This document shows positions 40,501 through 53,596 of a stretch of 64,000 bases of DNA, in pieces. The stretch's first letter is position 1. The number at the start of each line of letters is the position of its first letter. The notes below the pieces were generated by a model. It was not told the DNA's origin. It worked only from the letters and a program-made list of their open reading frames with translations, and ran no database searches. Position numbers and translations under genes: made by a program. The DNA is from Camelus dromedarius (taxonomy: Eukaryota), in the NCBI RefSeq assembly GCF_036321535.1, contig NC_087436.1, positions 95,172,001-95,236,000 of the forward strand. Reading direction: 5' to 3'.

Positions 40501-41017
40501 GCCATTGGAATTTGATAGGGATTGCATTAAATCTATAGATGGCTTTGGGTAGTATGGACATCTTAACAACTTTAAGCCTTCTGATCAATGAACATGGCAT
40601 ATCATTACATTTAGTTGTGTCTTCTTCAATTTCTTTCATCAATGCCTCATAGTTTTCAGTGTACAGGTTTTTCACCTCCTTGGTTAAATTTATTCTTAGG
40701 TATTTTATTCTTTCTGATGCATTTGTAAGTGGGATTATCTTCTTTATTTCTTTTTCATATAGTTTGTTGTTAGTGCATAGAAACACAATTGATTTTGTAT
40801 GTTAGTTTTGGGTCCTGTAACTTACTGAATTTGTTTATTAGTTCTAACAGTTTTTTGGTGGAAGCTTTAGGATTCTCTGCATATAAAATCAGATCATCTG
40901 CAAACAGAGATAATTTTACTTCTTCCTTTCCAATTGGGATGCCTTTTATTTCTTTTTCTTGCATAATTCCTCTGGTTAGAACTTTCAATATTATGTTAAA
41001 TAGGAGTGGTGAGAGTG
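37525..41017 (-). mobile_element. Older L1 (ORF2 RT/C-terminus and 3'UTR) hosting a younger L1
   Basis: RT peptide [13 protein letters not shown]...[11 protein letters not shown] on -. Perfect 16-bp TSD cttcttgcccagttct at 37509-37524 and 41018-41033. Confidence 0.9.
38608..39930 (-). mobile_element. Younger L1 nested in the older L1
   Basis: Long ORF2 C-terminal frame (38946-39485), (GTTT)n/T tail, approximate TSD ttcattttt(t)g. Confidence 0.88.
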
Positions 41018-43488
41018 CTTCTTGCCCAGTTCTCACATGATAATGTCCATCACTAACTAGGTGTAGAAATCTTGGAGAACTAGAGGGTGATGGTCTGTAG
41101 AAGGAAAACTGAGTATTCTGACCCACTCACATCAATAGCATTGGGGTAAAAGAAATGCTACTTAATTACCTGGTTGTTACTCATCTTTGGTGTTTGACTC
41201 AGAGACAAACAGAGAGAGGGACACGATTCTTGTATAAGGAGTCTATTTTCCTGAAACAAAACTTGAGTATGCAGGTTTTCCTTAATACAGCTCCACACAC
41301 TTTTTCATGAGTGTAGATGCTTTTAGATCCTGCCATTAATTTTCCATCCTTTGTTTTGGGTGGCAAGGTGAGTTTTTGAGAGTTTCTGTGTTTTCTTGGG
41401 TGTTTGGGTGGGCAGTTGGCTTGAGATGCTGTGTTGGAGGAGCAGGGAGGGACTTTTTACTACTATATGCTATTTTGTAATGAAATTCCCCCAATTCCGA
41501 AGAGTTATTACTTGTCCAAAGAATGACTAATTTAAACTCTACTCATCTATTTTGCTATTTGCAGTATGCCCTCAAGTGATGAGCTTTGGGTTCTTTTATT
41601 AATAAAACCGAACAAGAAGAAGCAGTCAAAATCTGTTCTCAATTATTCCTGCTACACAAGGCCCTACTCAAGAAATGTTGTCTGCTTTTGTCCCCTGAGG
41701 GGCACCTAGATGCTTTTTTGTGTGTATGCAGATCAGATCCTGCATGGGTTTGAGCAAGCCTCGCAACTATTGCCTCTGTCCCAGTAGCAAATACTGGGTC
41801 TGTGGGCTGGTGCACGTGCCTCCCCGCCTCAGCCAGGTAATCTTTTCTCATTCACTCAGCATCATTGTCAATAGAGGCAATGTCCGTAATCCGTTGTAGT
41901 ACAGTGAGACTTTCTGTTCTCCCTTACATACAGCAGCTTTGTCCTAGCGTGTCTTCTGACTTCTTCGATGTACTCTTTTACTGTTTCTGTATCTTCTATT
42001 TTATCAATGTGTCAACTGTAGGAACTTAATGATTTCAGATTATCAAGTGCCAAACTCTGCCTCTCTGAATTTGTTGCTATGGGTCTAATGTGAGATGGAG
42101 AAACACATGTACATTTTTATGGGAGTTGTGTCAAAAAATGAGATCCTGTGACTAAAAAAAATCTCCTGGGACTGGAAAGAGCAGTATATGCATTATCTCA
42201 ACTGCCCCTCTCCAGTCTGTAAGAGCACTTCTAACGTCTACCTGTAGGTGGCTCCAGGCTGGTGTGGTTGTGGGCTCCCCAGCATAGGCGCGGGAGGCTG
42301 CCCTGTGGCCCGCACAGCTGCCATTGCTGCTCTCAGGATGCTGCTGTGGGGGTTAGGGGGCATGGAGGCTTGTCTGTCCTTGCCAGGTTTTATTCCCTGT
42401 TGGGGATCATAGATGTTTTTCTCTTCAGATCAGAGCCAGGGTGGTGTAGACTCATGAGTGTATGTCTGAGTTTCTGGGACTGGCTTCTTGCTTGACCTTT
42501 TGCACAATTTTTGTCCCACCCCTTTGTCTCAATCACAAGCATGGGGTCTGTGGGCTAGTGCATCCCCCTGATGACCGGGCTAGTTTGGCTTATTATTAAT
42601 CATATCTTCTCAAATGGCTCCATGAATGGTAGTATCATCTCTGCCAACCCAGCTACAGTTGGCTTAGGTGAGGTCAGTTCATGGAGGAAAAGATTCTAGA
42701 TAGTTCTTCCTGTAGCACAAACCTGGCCTCATTCCTATCCTCATTTGTCCTCACAAAAGGACTGATCCCGCCATATGCCATAGAAATTTAGCCAGCAAGC
42801 TACAGGTGAATAGGCCTTCCAACTGGGCCTCGAGGACTTGTCAGCCACCTTCCTCCCCATCCTTTTCATCTCATGTTGACTTGGCCAAATTGAGCTGAGG
42901 ATCTGAAAGTCTAGCCCACTGCTGGCACCAGGAGTGCCCACCAGGAGGACCTCTCAGGCTCATCTCAGCATTCAGACACACAAGCCCTAACAGGCCACAC
43001 TTGGCCCCAGTTTACTCACAAAGATACAGGACGGGGAATAGAGTTCAATTTCTACTTGGTGTTTATAGTTCATACACAGTCCTTTCAGCCTGGATGCTAT
43101 TTACTGTTCAGTGGTCATTTTTATCATAAGTAATGTTTTCCAGTAACACAGCTGACATTCTCCATGTATCAGGTTTTCAGAAAAGAGATGAGATTAGTCC
43201 ATGGAGAAGGAGAGAAATGAATTCTTTAGACCTTCTCCCATGATGGGTCGCTGGTGGCAGCCTATGACTGAGCATAGTGCCAAATTGAATACTGGTGTAG
43301 GCTCTTGAGAACATCTTGTAGTTTCTGGGAGTAGCTCCCTTTGTACAATTTTAGACGATCAAACTGATAAGTATAACATTTTGAGGGTATAAAAGGACTG
43401 TTCTTTGAAAAACAATAAAGGATTCTCTGAGTCTAATGAAAAGAGACTATAGGCATGTAGTTAACTTTTAAAACTGAAAGTCTTTGTC

Positions 43489-44312
43489 AGAATGGCCATA
43501 TCATTAAAAAGTCCACAAACAATAAATGCTGGAGGGGGTGGGGAGAAAAAGGAACCCTCCTACACTGCTGGTGGGAATGCAGTTTGGTGCAGCCATTATG
43601 GGAAATAGTATGGGGATTCCTTAAAAAACTGAAAATAGACTTACCATATGATCCAGCAATCCCACTCCTGGGCATATAGCTGGAGGAAACTCTAATTTAA
43701 AAAGACACTTGCACCCCAATTTTCATAGCAGCACTATTTATAATAGCCAAAACATGAAAGCAACCTAAATGTCCATTAACAGATGACTGGATAAAGAAGA
43801 TGTGGTCTATTTATACAATGGAATACTACTCAGCCATAAAAAGAATAAAATAATGTCATTTGCAGCAACATGGGTGGACCTCGAAATCATCATTCTAAGT
43901 GAAGCTAGCCAGACAGAGAAAGAAAAATATCATATGAGATCACTCGTATGTGGAATCTAAAAAAAAATACAAATGAACTTACTTACAAAACACAAACAGA
44001 TTCACAGACATGTAAATAAACTTAGGAGTACCAGAGGGGGAAGGGGTAGGGAGGGATAAATTGGAAGTTTGGGATTTGTAGATACTAACTACTATAAAAT
44101 AGATATTATGAAAGATAAACAACAAGGTCCTACTGTAGTGCACAGGGAACTATATTCCATACCTTGTAATGCCTGTAATGAAAAAGAATGTGAAAAGAAA
44201 TACATACATATATATACACACACACACACATATATATATATATTAAAAACTGAATCACTACACTGCACACCAGAAATTAACACATTGTAAATCGACTTTA
44301 CTTCAATTAAAA
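43489..44312 (+). mobile_element. 5'-truncated L1
   Basis: ORF2 end plus 3'UTR; TSD aaagtctttgtc at 43477-43488 and 44313-44324. Confidence 0.9.
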
Positions 44313-44384
44313 AAAGTCTTTGTCTAGAAAGTCAATGCCTGTGCTTCCTCAGGGACATTTCTATTGATTTCTCTTCTTCTCCTT

Positions 44385-46160
44385 TAAAAAAAAATTAATG
44401 GACTTTATTTTTAGAGCAGTTTTATGTTTACAGAAAAATTGAGGAAATGGACCAGACAGTTCCCAAATACCCCCTCTCCACTGCACACAGTTTTCCGTAT
44501 TATAACATTTCGCATTAATGTGGTGCAGTTGTTATAATTGGTGAGCCAATATTGATATATTATTATTAACTAAGGTCTATCATTTACATAGGATTCAGTC
44601 TTTGTGTTGTACAGTTCTATGGGTTTTGACAAATGCATAAGGTCTTATATCCGCCATTACAATATCATATGAAATAGTTTCACTGCCCTAAAAATCCTCT
44701 GTACTCTGTCTATTCATCCCTCTCTCCCCCAGCCCCCTGCAACCACTGATCTTTTTATTGTCTCTTTAGTTTTGCCTTTTCCAGAATGTTACAGAGTTGC
44801 AATCATATGGTTGGTAGCCTTTTCAGATTGGCTTATTTTACTTAGCAATCTGCATTTTGGTTCCTCTATGACTTTTTGTGGCTTGATAGCTCACTTCTTA
44901 TTGCTGAATAATATTCCATTGTATGGATATACCACAGTTTATCTTTTTACCTATTGAAGAATATCTTGTTGCTTTCAGTTTTTGGCAGTAATAAATAAAA
45001 CTTCTATAAACATCCATGTGCAGGTTTTTGTGTGAACATAGATTTTTAATTCATTTGGATAAACAATTAGGAGTGTGATTGTTGGATCATATGATAAGAC
45101 TATGTTTGGCTTTGTAAGAAACTGTCAGACTATCTTCTAAAGTATCTGTACCATTTTAAATTTCAGCAATAAGAGTCCCTGTTGTTCCATACCCTCAGCA
45201 ACATTTGATGTGGTTTCATGATTGGCCAGGATTGTTTGGACAGGTATGTAGTGGTTTTTCATTGTTGCTTTAATTTGCAATTCTCTGATGACATATGGTA
45301 TCAAGTTATCTTTTCATGCCCTCATTTACCATTTGTATATCTTCTTTGGCAAGACATCTGTTCAGATCTTTTGCCCATTTAAAAATTGTGTTGTTTATTT
45401 TCTTATTGAGTTCGAGTTCTTCATTTTTTTTACTGACATATAGTTGATTTACAATGTTGTGTTGGTTTCTGGTGATTCAGTTTAATACATATATATACAT
45501 ACATACATATACACACACACATACACATTTTCATTACAGGTTTTTATAAGCTATTGAATATACTTCCCTGTGATATACAGTAGGACCTTGTTTATCTATT
45601 CTGTATATAGTAGTTTGTATCTGAGTTCTTTCTATATTTTGGATACAAATTCTTCATCAGACATGTGTTCTGCAAATATTTTCTCCCAGTCTGTGGCTTG
45701 TCTTTTCATTTTTCTAAGTGTATCTTTTGCAAAGCAGAAAATTTTAATTTTAATGAAGTCCAGCGTAACAATTTTTTCTTCCATGGATTGTGCTTTTGAT
45801 GTTGTGTCAAAAAAGTCATTGCCAAATTCACGGTCACCTAGATTTTCTCCTGTACCAGCCTCTAGAAGTTTCATAGTTTTGTATTTTACATTTAGATCTG
45901 TGATCCATTTTGAGTTAGACCTTCAGTTTTATTGCATGTGGAACGTCTAGTTGTTCCAGCACCATTTGTTAAAAGGACTATCCTTTCTTCACCAAATTGA
46001 CTTTGCTCCTTTGTCAAAGGTCAGTTGACTATATTTATGTGGGTCGATTTTTGAGCTATCTATCTGTCCATTCTTACACCAACACCACACTGTCTTAATT
46101 ACTGTAGCTTTATGTAAGACTTGAAGTTGGGTGTTGTCAGTTCTCTTTGTTCTTTTTATT
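44385..46160 (-). mobile_element. Old L1M-type element with a short L1 3'-end insert (about 45420-45620)
   Basis: ORF2 peptide LDFIKIKIFCFAKDTLRKMKRQATDWEKIFA on -, plus an L1M-type 3'UTR. Confidence 0.8.
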
Positions 46161-46460
46161 CTTTTTCTCTATGAATAGAAAATACTTTCTTATTTCTTTG
46201 CATGCCTCATAGTTCTTTTGAGTAAAGCAGACATTTTGAATATGATAATGGGGTGACTCTGGAAACATCAGAGTGTGGTAACTCAGATACGCTTCTCTCC
46301 CAGCGTTTGTTGTTGCTGCTTGCTATGGGTTATGGCTGTTTGTTTGTTTAGTGATGTTTTGAAACTATATTTATAAAGACTGTATTCCTTCTTATGTGTG
46401 ACCATTGAATTCTGTTCCATTGGCTTAGTTGTCAGCTAGTGATTCAGCAGAGATTTTCTT

Positions 46461-46579
46461 TTTTTAACATTTTTTATTGAGTTATAGTCATTTTACAATG
46501 TTGTGTCCATTTCCAGTGTAGAGCACAATTTTTCAGTTATACATAAACATACATATATTCATTGTCGCATTTTTTTTTG
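46461..46579 (-). mobile_element. Young L1 3'-end fragment about 700 bp upstream of the TLR6 acceptor
   Basis: Perfect 14-bp TSD gcagagattttctt at 46447-46460 and 46580-46593; same tail family as 27165-27315. Confidence 0.88.
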
Positions 46580-47281
46580 GCAGAGATTTTCTTAAACATC
46601 TGGAGAAGAAAATAAAATGAAAGAAAAAACAAAATTTCTGATCTTTACAGACTGACTCTGTGCTTCTCCAGACTGTTTACAACTCTGCCTTAGCCTCTCC
46701 TTTCTGCTTGCACAGAGCCTAAAAATCAACTAGAGGCAAAAGCCTGGGATTTGCTCAGGTCTTCTGTGAGCATGCCTCCAGCCCTGGGCATGTGCGTGAC
46801 CTTCTAGGTTGTCTGGTATACAGAGCTTTCCAAAGCCCTTCTCCCATTTTCCTCCTTTCCCAGCCTCTTCCTTCTCTGGCTTTTTGGTTGTCTGTTGCCT
46901 GCCCCATTTGTGATCTTTTGTTCCAAGTAGCTGTGACTGGTATATATGCCTTTAAAGGTTTTTCAAACACTGCCCAGGAGGCTGGTCCAGCCCTGAGGAA
47001 GTTCTGAGTTGGGTGAAACAAAGGCAAGGTCCTGAGTGGATCCCTCAGAGAGCCACCAGCCAGGTTAGAACACACAACCACAGTTCTTTGATAACAAGAT
47101 CTCTATTGCCTTTTCTGGCACAAGCAACTGGTATAACTGGAAAAAAGAACACATTAAATGATGGGGACAGAAATGATTCGGGTAGTGAATGATGAACTCA
47201 GTGAGACTTTGTGTTTAGTAAGTCGAGGTTTGAGAGCAATCATCCAATCTTTACACATCTTAACATGTATTATGTTTCTAG

Positions 47282-47350
47282 AATTTGGATGCATATCAAG
47301 ATGTTCTGAAGTACAGCAGCAACCCTTTGAGGGATGGCCACTTCAACACC
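47282..47350 (+). other. TLR6: 5'-UTR part of the TLR6 coding exon
   Basis: Acceptor tatgtttctag|AATTTGG; visibly homologous to the TLR1 leader at 63832-63898 (tatcaagat..tctgaag...accctt). Confidence 0.8.
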
Positions 47351-49741
47351 ATGACCAAAGACAAAGACTCTACTGTCAGAAGCTTTCATTTTGTTTACAT
47401 CATGACTTTAATATTTGTAACCATAATCCAGTTCTCTGATGAAAGCGAATTTGTGGTAGACATGTCAAAACTAGGCCTTACTCATGTTCCAAAAGACCTG
47501 CCACCAGAAACCAAAGTCTTAGATTTGTCTCAAAACAACATATCAGAGCTTCACCTCTCTGACGTCAGCTTTCTCTCAGGGCTGAAAGTTTTGAGGCTTT
47601 CTCGTAATAGAATTCAGTGCCTTGATGTTAGTATTTTCAAGTTCAACCAGGATTTGGAATATTTGGATTTATCTCACAATCGCTTGCAGAAGGTGTCCTG
47701 CCATCCCATCATGAGTCTCAAGCATTTAGACCTCTCATTCAATGACTTTGATGCCCTGCCCATCTGCAAGGAATTTGGCAACTTGACTCAACTGAATTTC
47801 TTGGGATTAAGTGCTACAAAGTTCCAACAATTAGATCTACTGCCAATTGCTCACTTGCATCTAAGTTGCATCCTTCTGGATTTGGAAGGTTATTATGTGA
47901 AAGAAAATGAGAAAGAAAGTCTTCAAATTCTGAATACAGAGGAACTTCACCTTGTTTTTCACCCAAATAACTTCTTCTCTGTCCAAGTGAACATATCAGT
48001 TAATAGTTTAAGGTGCTTACAACTGACTAATATTAAATTGAATGATGACAACTGTCAAGTTTTACTTAAATTTTTGACAGAACTCACTAGAGGGCCAAAC
48101 TTACTGAACTTTACCCTCAACCACATAGAAACAACTTGGAAATGTTTGATTAGAGCTTTTCAATTCCTTTGGCCCAAACCAATAGAATATCTCAATATTT
48201 ACAATTTGACAATAGTTGAAAGCATTGATGAAGAAGACTTTACTTATCAAAAAACAACATTGAAAGCATTGAAAATGGAACATGTTATAAACAGAGTTTT
48301 TCTTTTTTCACAGACAGCATTATACACAGTGTTTTCTGAGATGAACATTATGATGTTAACCATATCAGACACATTTTTTGTACATATGCTTTGTCCGCAA
48401 GTACCAAGCACATTTAAGTTTTTAAACTTTACTCAGAATGTTTTCACAGATAGTGTTTTTCAAAATTGCAACACTTTAGCTAGATTGGAGACACTTATCT
48501 TACAAAAGAATAAATTAAAAGACCTTTTCAAAGTAGGTCTCATGACTAAGGATATGCTATCTTTGGAAATACTGGATGTTAGCTGGAATTCTTTGGAATA
48601 TGATAGACATGATGGAAACTGCATTTGGGTTGGGAGTATAGTGGTGTTAGATTTGTCTTCAAATATACTTTCTGACTCTGTTTTCAGATGTTTACCTCCC
48701 AGGGTCAAGGTTCTTGATCTTCACAATAACAGAATAAGGAGCATCCCTAAAGATGTCACCAGTCTAGAAGCTTTGCAAGAGCTCAATGTTGCTTTCAATT
48801 TTTTAGTCCACCTTCCTGGATGTGGTACCTTTAGCAGCCTTTCTGTACTGATCATTGATTATAATTCAGTTTCCAACCCATCAGCTGATTTCTTCCAGAG
48901 CTGCCAGAAGATTAGGTCCCTAAAAGCAGGGAACAATCCATTCCAATGTACATGTGAGCTAAGAGACTTTATCCAGGGTATAGGCCAAGTACCAAGTGAA
49001 GTGGTAGAGGACTGGCCTGATTCTTATAAGTGTGACTATCCAGAAAGCTATAAGGGAACCCCACTAAAGGACTTCCACGTATCTCAATTATCCTGCAACA
49101 CAGCTCTGCTGATTGTCACCATTGGGGTCACTGGGCTGCTGGTGGCTGTTACCGTGACCGTCCTCTGTATCTACTTGGATCTTCCCTGGTATCTCAGGAT
49201 GCTGTGTCAGTGGACCCAGACCCGGCACAGGGCTAGGAATGTACCCTTAGCAGAACTCCAAAGAACTCTCCAGTTCCATGCTTTTATTTCATACAGTGAA
49301 CATGATTCTGCCTGGGTGAAGAATGAACTGGTACCTTGCCTAGAAAAAGAAGATATAAAGATTTGTCTTCATGAGAGGAATTTTGTTCCCGGCAAGAGCA
49401 TCGTGGAAAATATCATAAACTGTATTGAGAAAAGTTACAAGTCCATCTTTGTTTTGTCTCCCAACTTTGTTCAGAGTGAGTGGTGCCATTATGAACTCTA
49501 CTTCGCCCACCACAACCTCTTCCATGAAGGATCCAATAACTTAATCCTGATCTTGCTAGAACCCATTCCACAGAACAGCATTCCTGGCAAGTATCACAAG
49601 CTGAGGGCTCTCATGGCACAGCGGACTTACTTAGAATGGCCCAAGGAGAAGAGCAAACATGGACTTTTTTGGGCTAATATTAGAGCTGCTTTTAATATGA
49701 AATTAACACTGATCACCAAAAATGATGATGTACCAACTTAA
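47351..49741 (+). CDS. TLR6: Toll-like receptor 6, 796 aa, single coding exon
   Basis: Intact ORF from accATGACCAAAGAC (MTKDKD...). It has a signal peptide, LxxLxLxxN leucine-rich repeats, an LRRCT (NPFQCTCEL), a TM helix and a TIR domain ([30 protein letters not shown]). F343 and F365 are TLR6-typical, and the length matches recalled TLR6. Confidence 0.98.
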   Translation: MTKDKDSTVRSFHFVYIMTLIFVTIIQFSDESEFVVDMSKLGLTHVPKDLPPETKVLDLSQNNISELHLSDVSFLSGLKVLRLSRNRIQCLDVSIFKFNQDLEYLDLSHNRLQKVSCHPIMSLKHLDLSFNDFDALPICKEFGNLTQLNFLGLSATKFQQLDLLPIAHLHLSCILLDLEGYYVKENEKESLQILNTEELHLVFHPNNFFSVQVNISVNSLRCLQLTNIKLNDDNCQVLLKFLTELTRGPNLLNFTLNHIETTWKCLIRAFQFLWPKPIEYLNIYNLTIVESIDEEDFTYQKTTLKALKMEHVINRVFLFSQTALYTVFSEMNIMMLTISDTFFVHMLCPQVPSTFKFLNFTQNVFTDSVFQNCNTLARLETLILQKNKLKDLFKVGLMTKDMLSLEILDVSWNSLEYDRHDGNCIWVGSIVVLDLSSNILSDSVFRCLPPRVKVLDLHNNRIRSIPKDVTSLEALQELNVAFNFLVHLPGCGTFSSLSVLIIDYNSVSNPSADFFQSCQKIRSLKAGNNPFQCTCELRDFIQGIGQVPSEVVEDWPDSYKCDYPESYKGTPLKDFHVSQLSCNTALLIVTIGVTGLLVAVTVTVLCIYLDLPWYLRMLCQWTQTRHRARNVPLAELQRTLQFHAFISYSEHDSAWVKNELVPCLEKEDIKICLHERNFVPGKSIVENIINCIEKSYKSIFVLSPNFVQSEWCHYELYFAHHNLFHEGSNNLILILLEPIPQNSIPGKYHKLRALMAQRTYLEWPKEKSKHGLFWANIRAAFNMKLTLITKNDDVPT

Positions 49742-50201
49742 TGAAAAAAAAAACCAGAAAATTCAACTTAAGAAACTCTCATTAACTTGGATTCTGATGA
49801 ACATGGTGGTTTTAAGTTATTTTCAGATGATGACTCCGTTATCTCCATGCATTCATGGAAGACCTAAAAATTAAACCAGGCTGAGGGCTGAGGTGGTGCT
49901 CAGACTTGCCAGTTACAGGGAGCTCAGTCTCTTCTGGTTGAACCATTCCATTTCAAATTGAAGCAGTCTCTTCTGAGTAAATGCTCAGTCATTCAAGGAC
50001 CTTCCTTTTCTCTTCTCCTTTCCCAAATGGATTTTGTGTGAGCAGGAGTTTATGGGACCTCATGGCAGCAAGGAAAGGGTCTACCTCAGAACTGTATGCA
50101 ATGGTGCTTGGGCTGTTCTGTGGATCCTCACTTGCCTCTGGATGGGTTCTGTCATCCTACTCAATTTTGGGACTTGGGAAAAAATTAGAGCAGTTATAGA
50201 A

Positions 50202-50207
50202 AATAAA
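50202..50207 (+). terminator. Candidate TLR6 polyadenylation signal
   Basis: AATAAA about 460 nt after the stop codon, followed by T-rich sequence; use not demonstrated. Confidence 0.35.
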
Positions 50208-53200
50208 GACTTTTTTTCACATCTGAGTAATCGTTTATGACATGTTTGACCTTGCTACACAAATATGCAATTAACCAGTGGGGACGCATGGCATAATAGT
50301 TTATGTATATAATGGGAAAGATAGCCTTAGTCATAGGCTGTTGAGGCCAAAGACATGATTTACCTGCTTGCCGAGGAAACTCAGAGCCAAATTTATTTGT
50401 AACTGGTTATGGAATAGGAGTTTTCTGGTTGTGTTAGACTTTTGGCGACGCCTCAAAGCTGCCAAAAGGTAGTAAATACCACCACATTTTAAACTGAGAT
50501 ACTAGGCACAGCCAGGCTGGACTTACTAAAAAATAGCAGAAAGAGGCCAGTATCTCTCAGCTCATATTACCCATCTCCAGAAGGCTGGATTCAAAAGGGT
50601 GACTAGAGAGTCTTTAAGGGGAGGTTCTAGACCTATGGGGAGAATGCTTTGGATTTCCTTCAAGCCTAAGAAGAGGGACTCTAGGCTTAGAAGAGTAGCC
50701 TGTCATCCCACTCCCAGCCTGGAAGCTTGCAGAGTAACGGGAACGCTCAGGTCCAGTGCAGCAGACAGTGTTTGGTGTGAGAGCTCTCAGAAGAGCTGGA
50801 TGAATGTCCCCTAGAGTTTTGAGAGTGAGGTGGGTATTGTGAACATAGAGATCAGTAAATAATGCTTTGCAAATACAGGTGCTTGGTAAATATTTGTTGA
50901 ATGAATGGACAAAGTGCTTCCCATCTGGGGAATTCAGAAGGTGAGAGGTTGGCTTGGATGGCCCAAAGTGACAGGGCCCCCTGCTTAAAACCTTCTAATG
51001 ACCTCCCCTTGCAGTTAGTTAGAAGAAAAGTCGAGCCCCTATCATGACCTGCTGTCACGGTGAGGGTGAGAATGGGAGTCAAGGAGACGGGGTGGGGTTG
51101 CCTGTCGCATGACGGTTATCGAGAAGAGTGGTGTATCGGTCCGACAGTGCTGCCAGAACAAAGCACCACAGGCTGGGCGGCTTGGACAACAGGAATGTAT
51201 TCCTCACAGTTCTGACATTCTGGAAGTCTGAAAAAGGGAGAGATTGGCAAAAAGAAGGGGTTGGATGAGTATGAGAGCAGGGGAAAGACAGTGACTCCAC
51301 GACTGGACTCAGGGATATAGGAGAGAATGAATGCTAACAAGAGTAAGAATGCAAAACACAATACTGGGAAAGGAGGAGGTCAATTTCTGTCTTGGTTTCT
51401 GGAGATTGGTTTGATTAGAAAGGAATGAGAATACATTTCAGGCAGTGAAAGGGACCTGAAGGGATTTTTAAAGCCAAAGGACCTTTCTGGGGGTTTTTAA
51501 TTACAGTTTATAAGGAATTTCAACAGAGTCAAGTCTAAATATGAACTGGATTCTAAAATTCTCCCCTTCTCCCACCCCTTAGTGATATTGTGAGCAGATT
51601 TCAGATCTCTTTGGTCCTTTTGAGGTATTAGTAATGGAATCTAGCTTAAAATCTTCAATCTCCAATTCCATCTAAAGCTCTTCTCTGTTCCCCACGTATA
51701 AGCTAGGCTTACAGCTCAGTCTTCGCGTGTGTACAGTGAGGAGGGCGTGGTCTACCTGAGATGCATGCTTCCTGGTCCGCCCTCTCCCAGGTCTAGCTTT
51801 CTGATGTGGAGACCAGGAATGAGGGGCAGAAAGGCAGATGTTTGATTCTGTGACTGTGTCTATTAAGGTACGGGCTGAACTGCAGGACAGGGAGACCCCA
51901 AACGTAGAGCTCAAATAACATAGAAATTTATTCTTTCTTAAATAATTGGTCAAATATAGTTAGGAAGTCCAGGATAGGTAGCTGACTCTACTCCACAAAG
52001 CCATTCAAGGGCTCAGGCTGGCCAGTTAGCTCTGTTCCACATACTCTTGTCTTCTCTGGCCTCCATTCTCCTTTATATGGAATCACAAGAATGAATGAAG
52101 TCCTCCTGTGCCTCTTCTGAGTCTGAGGACCAAGGCAAGCTGAGGTGGAGGCACACCGCCATTCCCAGGGATGTGCCACCACAGTCTCTGATTGCTTGTT
52201 GGCAAGGTTTACTCCAACAGAAATCTCCAGGAAAGTAGATACCAGTCCCTCTGTTTCCTTACACACCTGAACTCCCCAGGGCATGGGTAATGTTCTCTAA
52301 GGCTGCTCAGAAAGGGAATGTCCTTGGCGGGAAGTTCAGGGGTGTCCTGCACATTTGTGCATCAAAGCAACCATCCACCTGAAGAGAGAGAGAACTAGTC
52401 TTCCTGTCTAGTCTCCATGAGTGATTCTACCAGCAAACCCATTGCACTTGGCTTGGGAAGGAGAGGATGCCACCTCTCCCACTGGAGAAGAGTGTGCAGC
52501 TTTATATCATAAACACCAATATCTCAGTGCTGCTGGTGCTCTCTGCCCTCCCCTGAATTCTTGTGTATCTGGGAAATGTGAGGATGGGGTGATGGTGAGG
52601 AGGCACTATTTGGTTCAACTGCTTTTTAGAATGCCCTGATGGGACGGCTTAGCCCCATCTGTTGGCAGCTCTCTTTAGAATGTGGAGTAAGTAACACTAG
52701 GCTTTGGTTTTGGACCCAAGTCATAGGAAAAGTTCCAGTCAGCACCCTATTCCATAATCCATAGAATCAACAGATGGAAAGGGAAACTAAAATTGTTGGT
52801 GGGCTCTGGAATTATATGGCAGATTAACAGCCTAAAAATCTGTCCTATATTTGGATTAAACAATCGTAAAAATAGACATAGCATTCATAGTAATAGAAGA
52901 AAAGGCGGAGAATAATGGTATGGATATACATCCATTGGTTCAGAAAGTCTACTTCATGGAATATATCCTAAGGAAATAATTGCTCATATACATCCTAAGG
53001 AAATGTATGAACAAGCTGCTTACTGCAGAGTTGTTTATAATAATAATACAATGTTTGGAAACAACTTCAACACCCAACAATAGCCAATTGGTTGAATACA
53101 TTGTTAATTAAAATATTTTAAAAATACATTATAAGTAAAATGGAACATTATTCAGCCAGTAATAACAAAGTTGTAGGTGGATATTTACTGATATGAAAAG

Positions 53201-53596
53201 ATATTTATGATGTAGTATAGACGAATAAAAACAGATTACAAAACAGAATACATGGTCCAATGTCATCTGAGGGGTGTGTGTGTAAATTGTGCAAACTTTC
53301 TTAACAGCAATTTGGTAGCAGGAGTCAAGAGCCTAAAGCATGTTCACGTACATAGGAAAAAGTCTGCATAGTTGCTATGAAAATGATATTGGTGTGTCTC
53401 TATAGGATGAGACTATAATTGATTTGAAATTTTTGTTTTTATTTATTTATATTTCCTGATTTTTTCTTCAGTAAACATTACTTGGATAATAAAAATTAAA
53501 ATGACTAAAAAATTATCTTTGAGAAGAACACATACACACATATTTATTTGACCTTGTTATGAAGAAGATCTTTCTAAACCTAAACACAAAATGTGG

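Noticed and set aside
47285..47350. 22-aa N-terminal extension of TLR6 in the ORF track
   Set aside because: It starts at TTG. The ATG at 47351 gives the expected 796-aa protein with its signal peptide.
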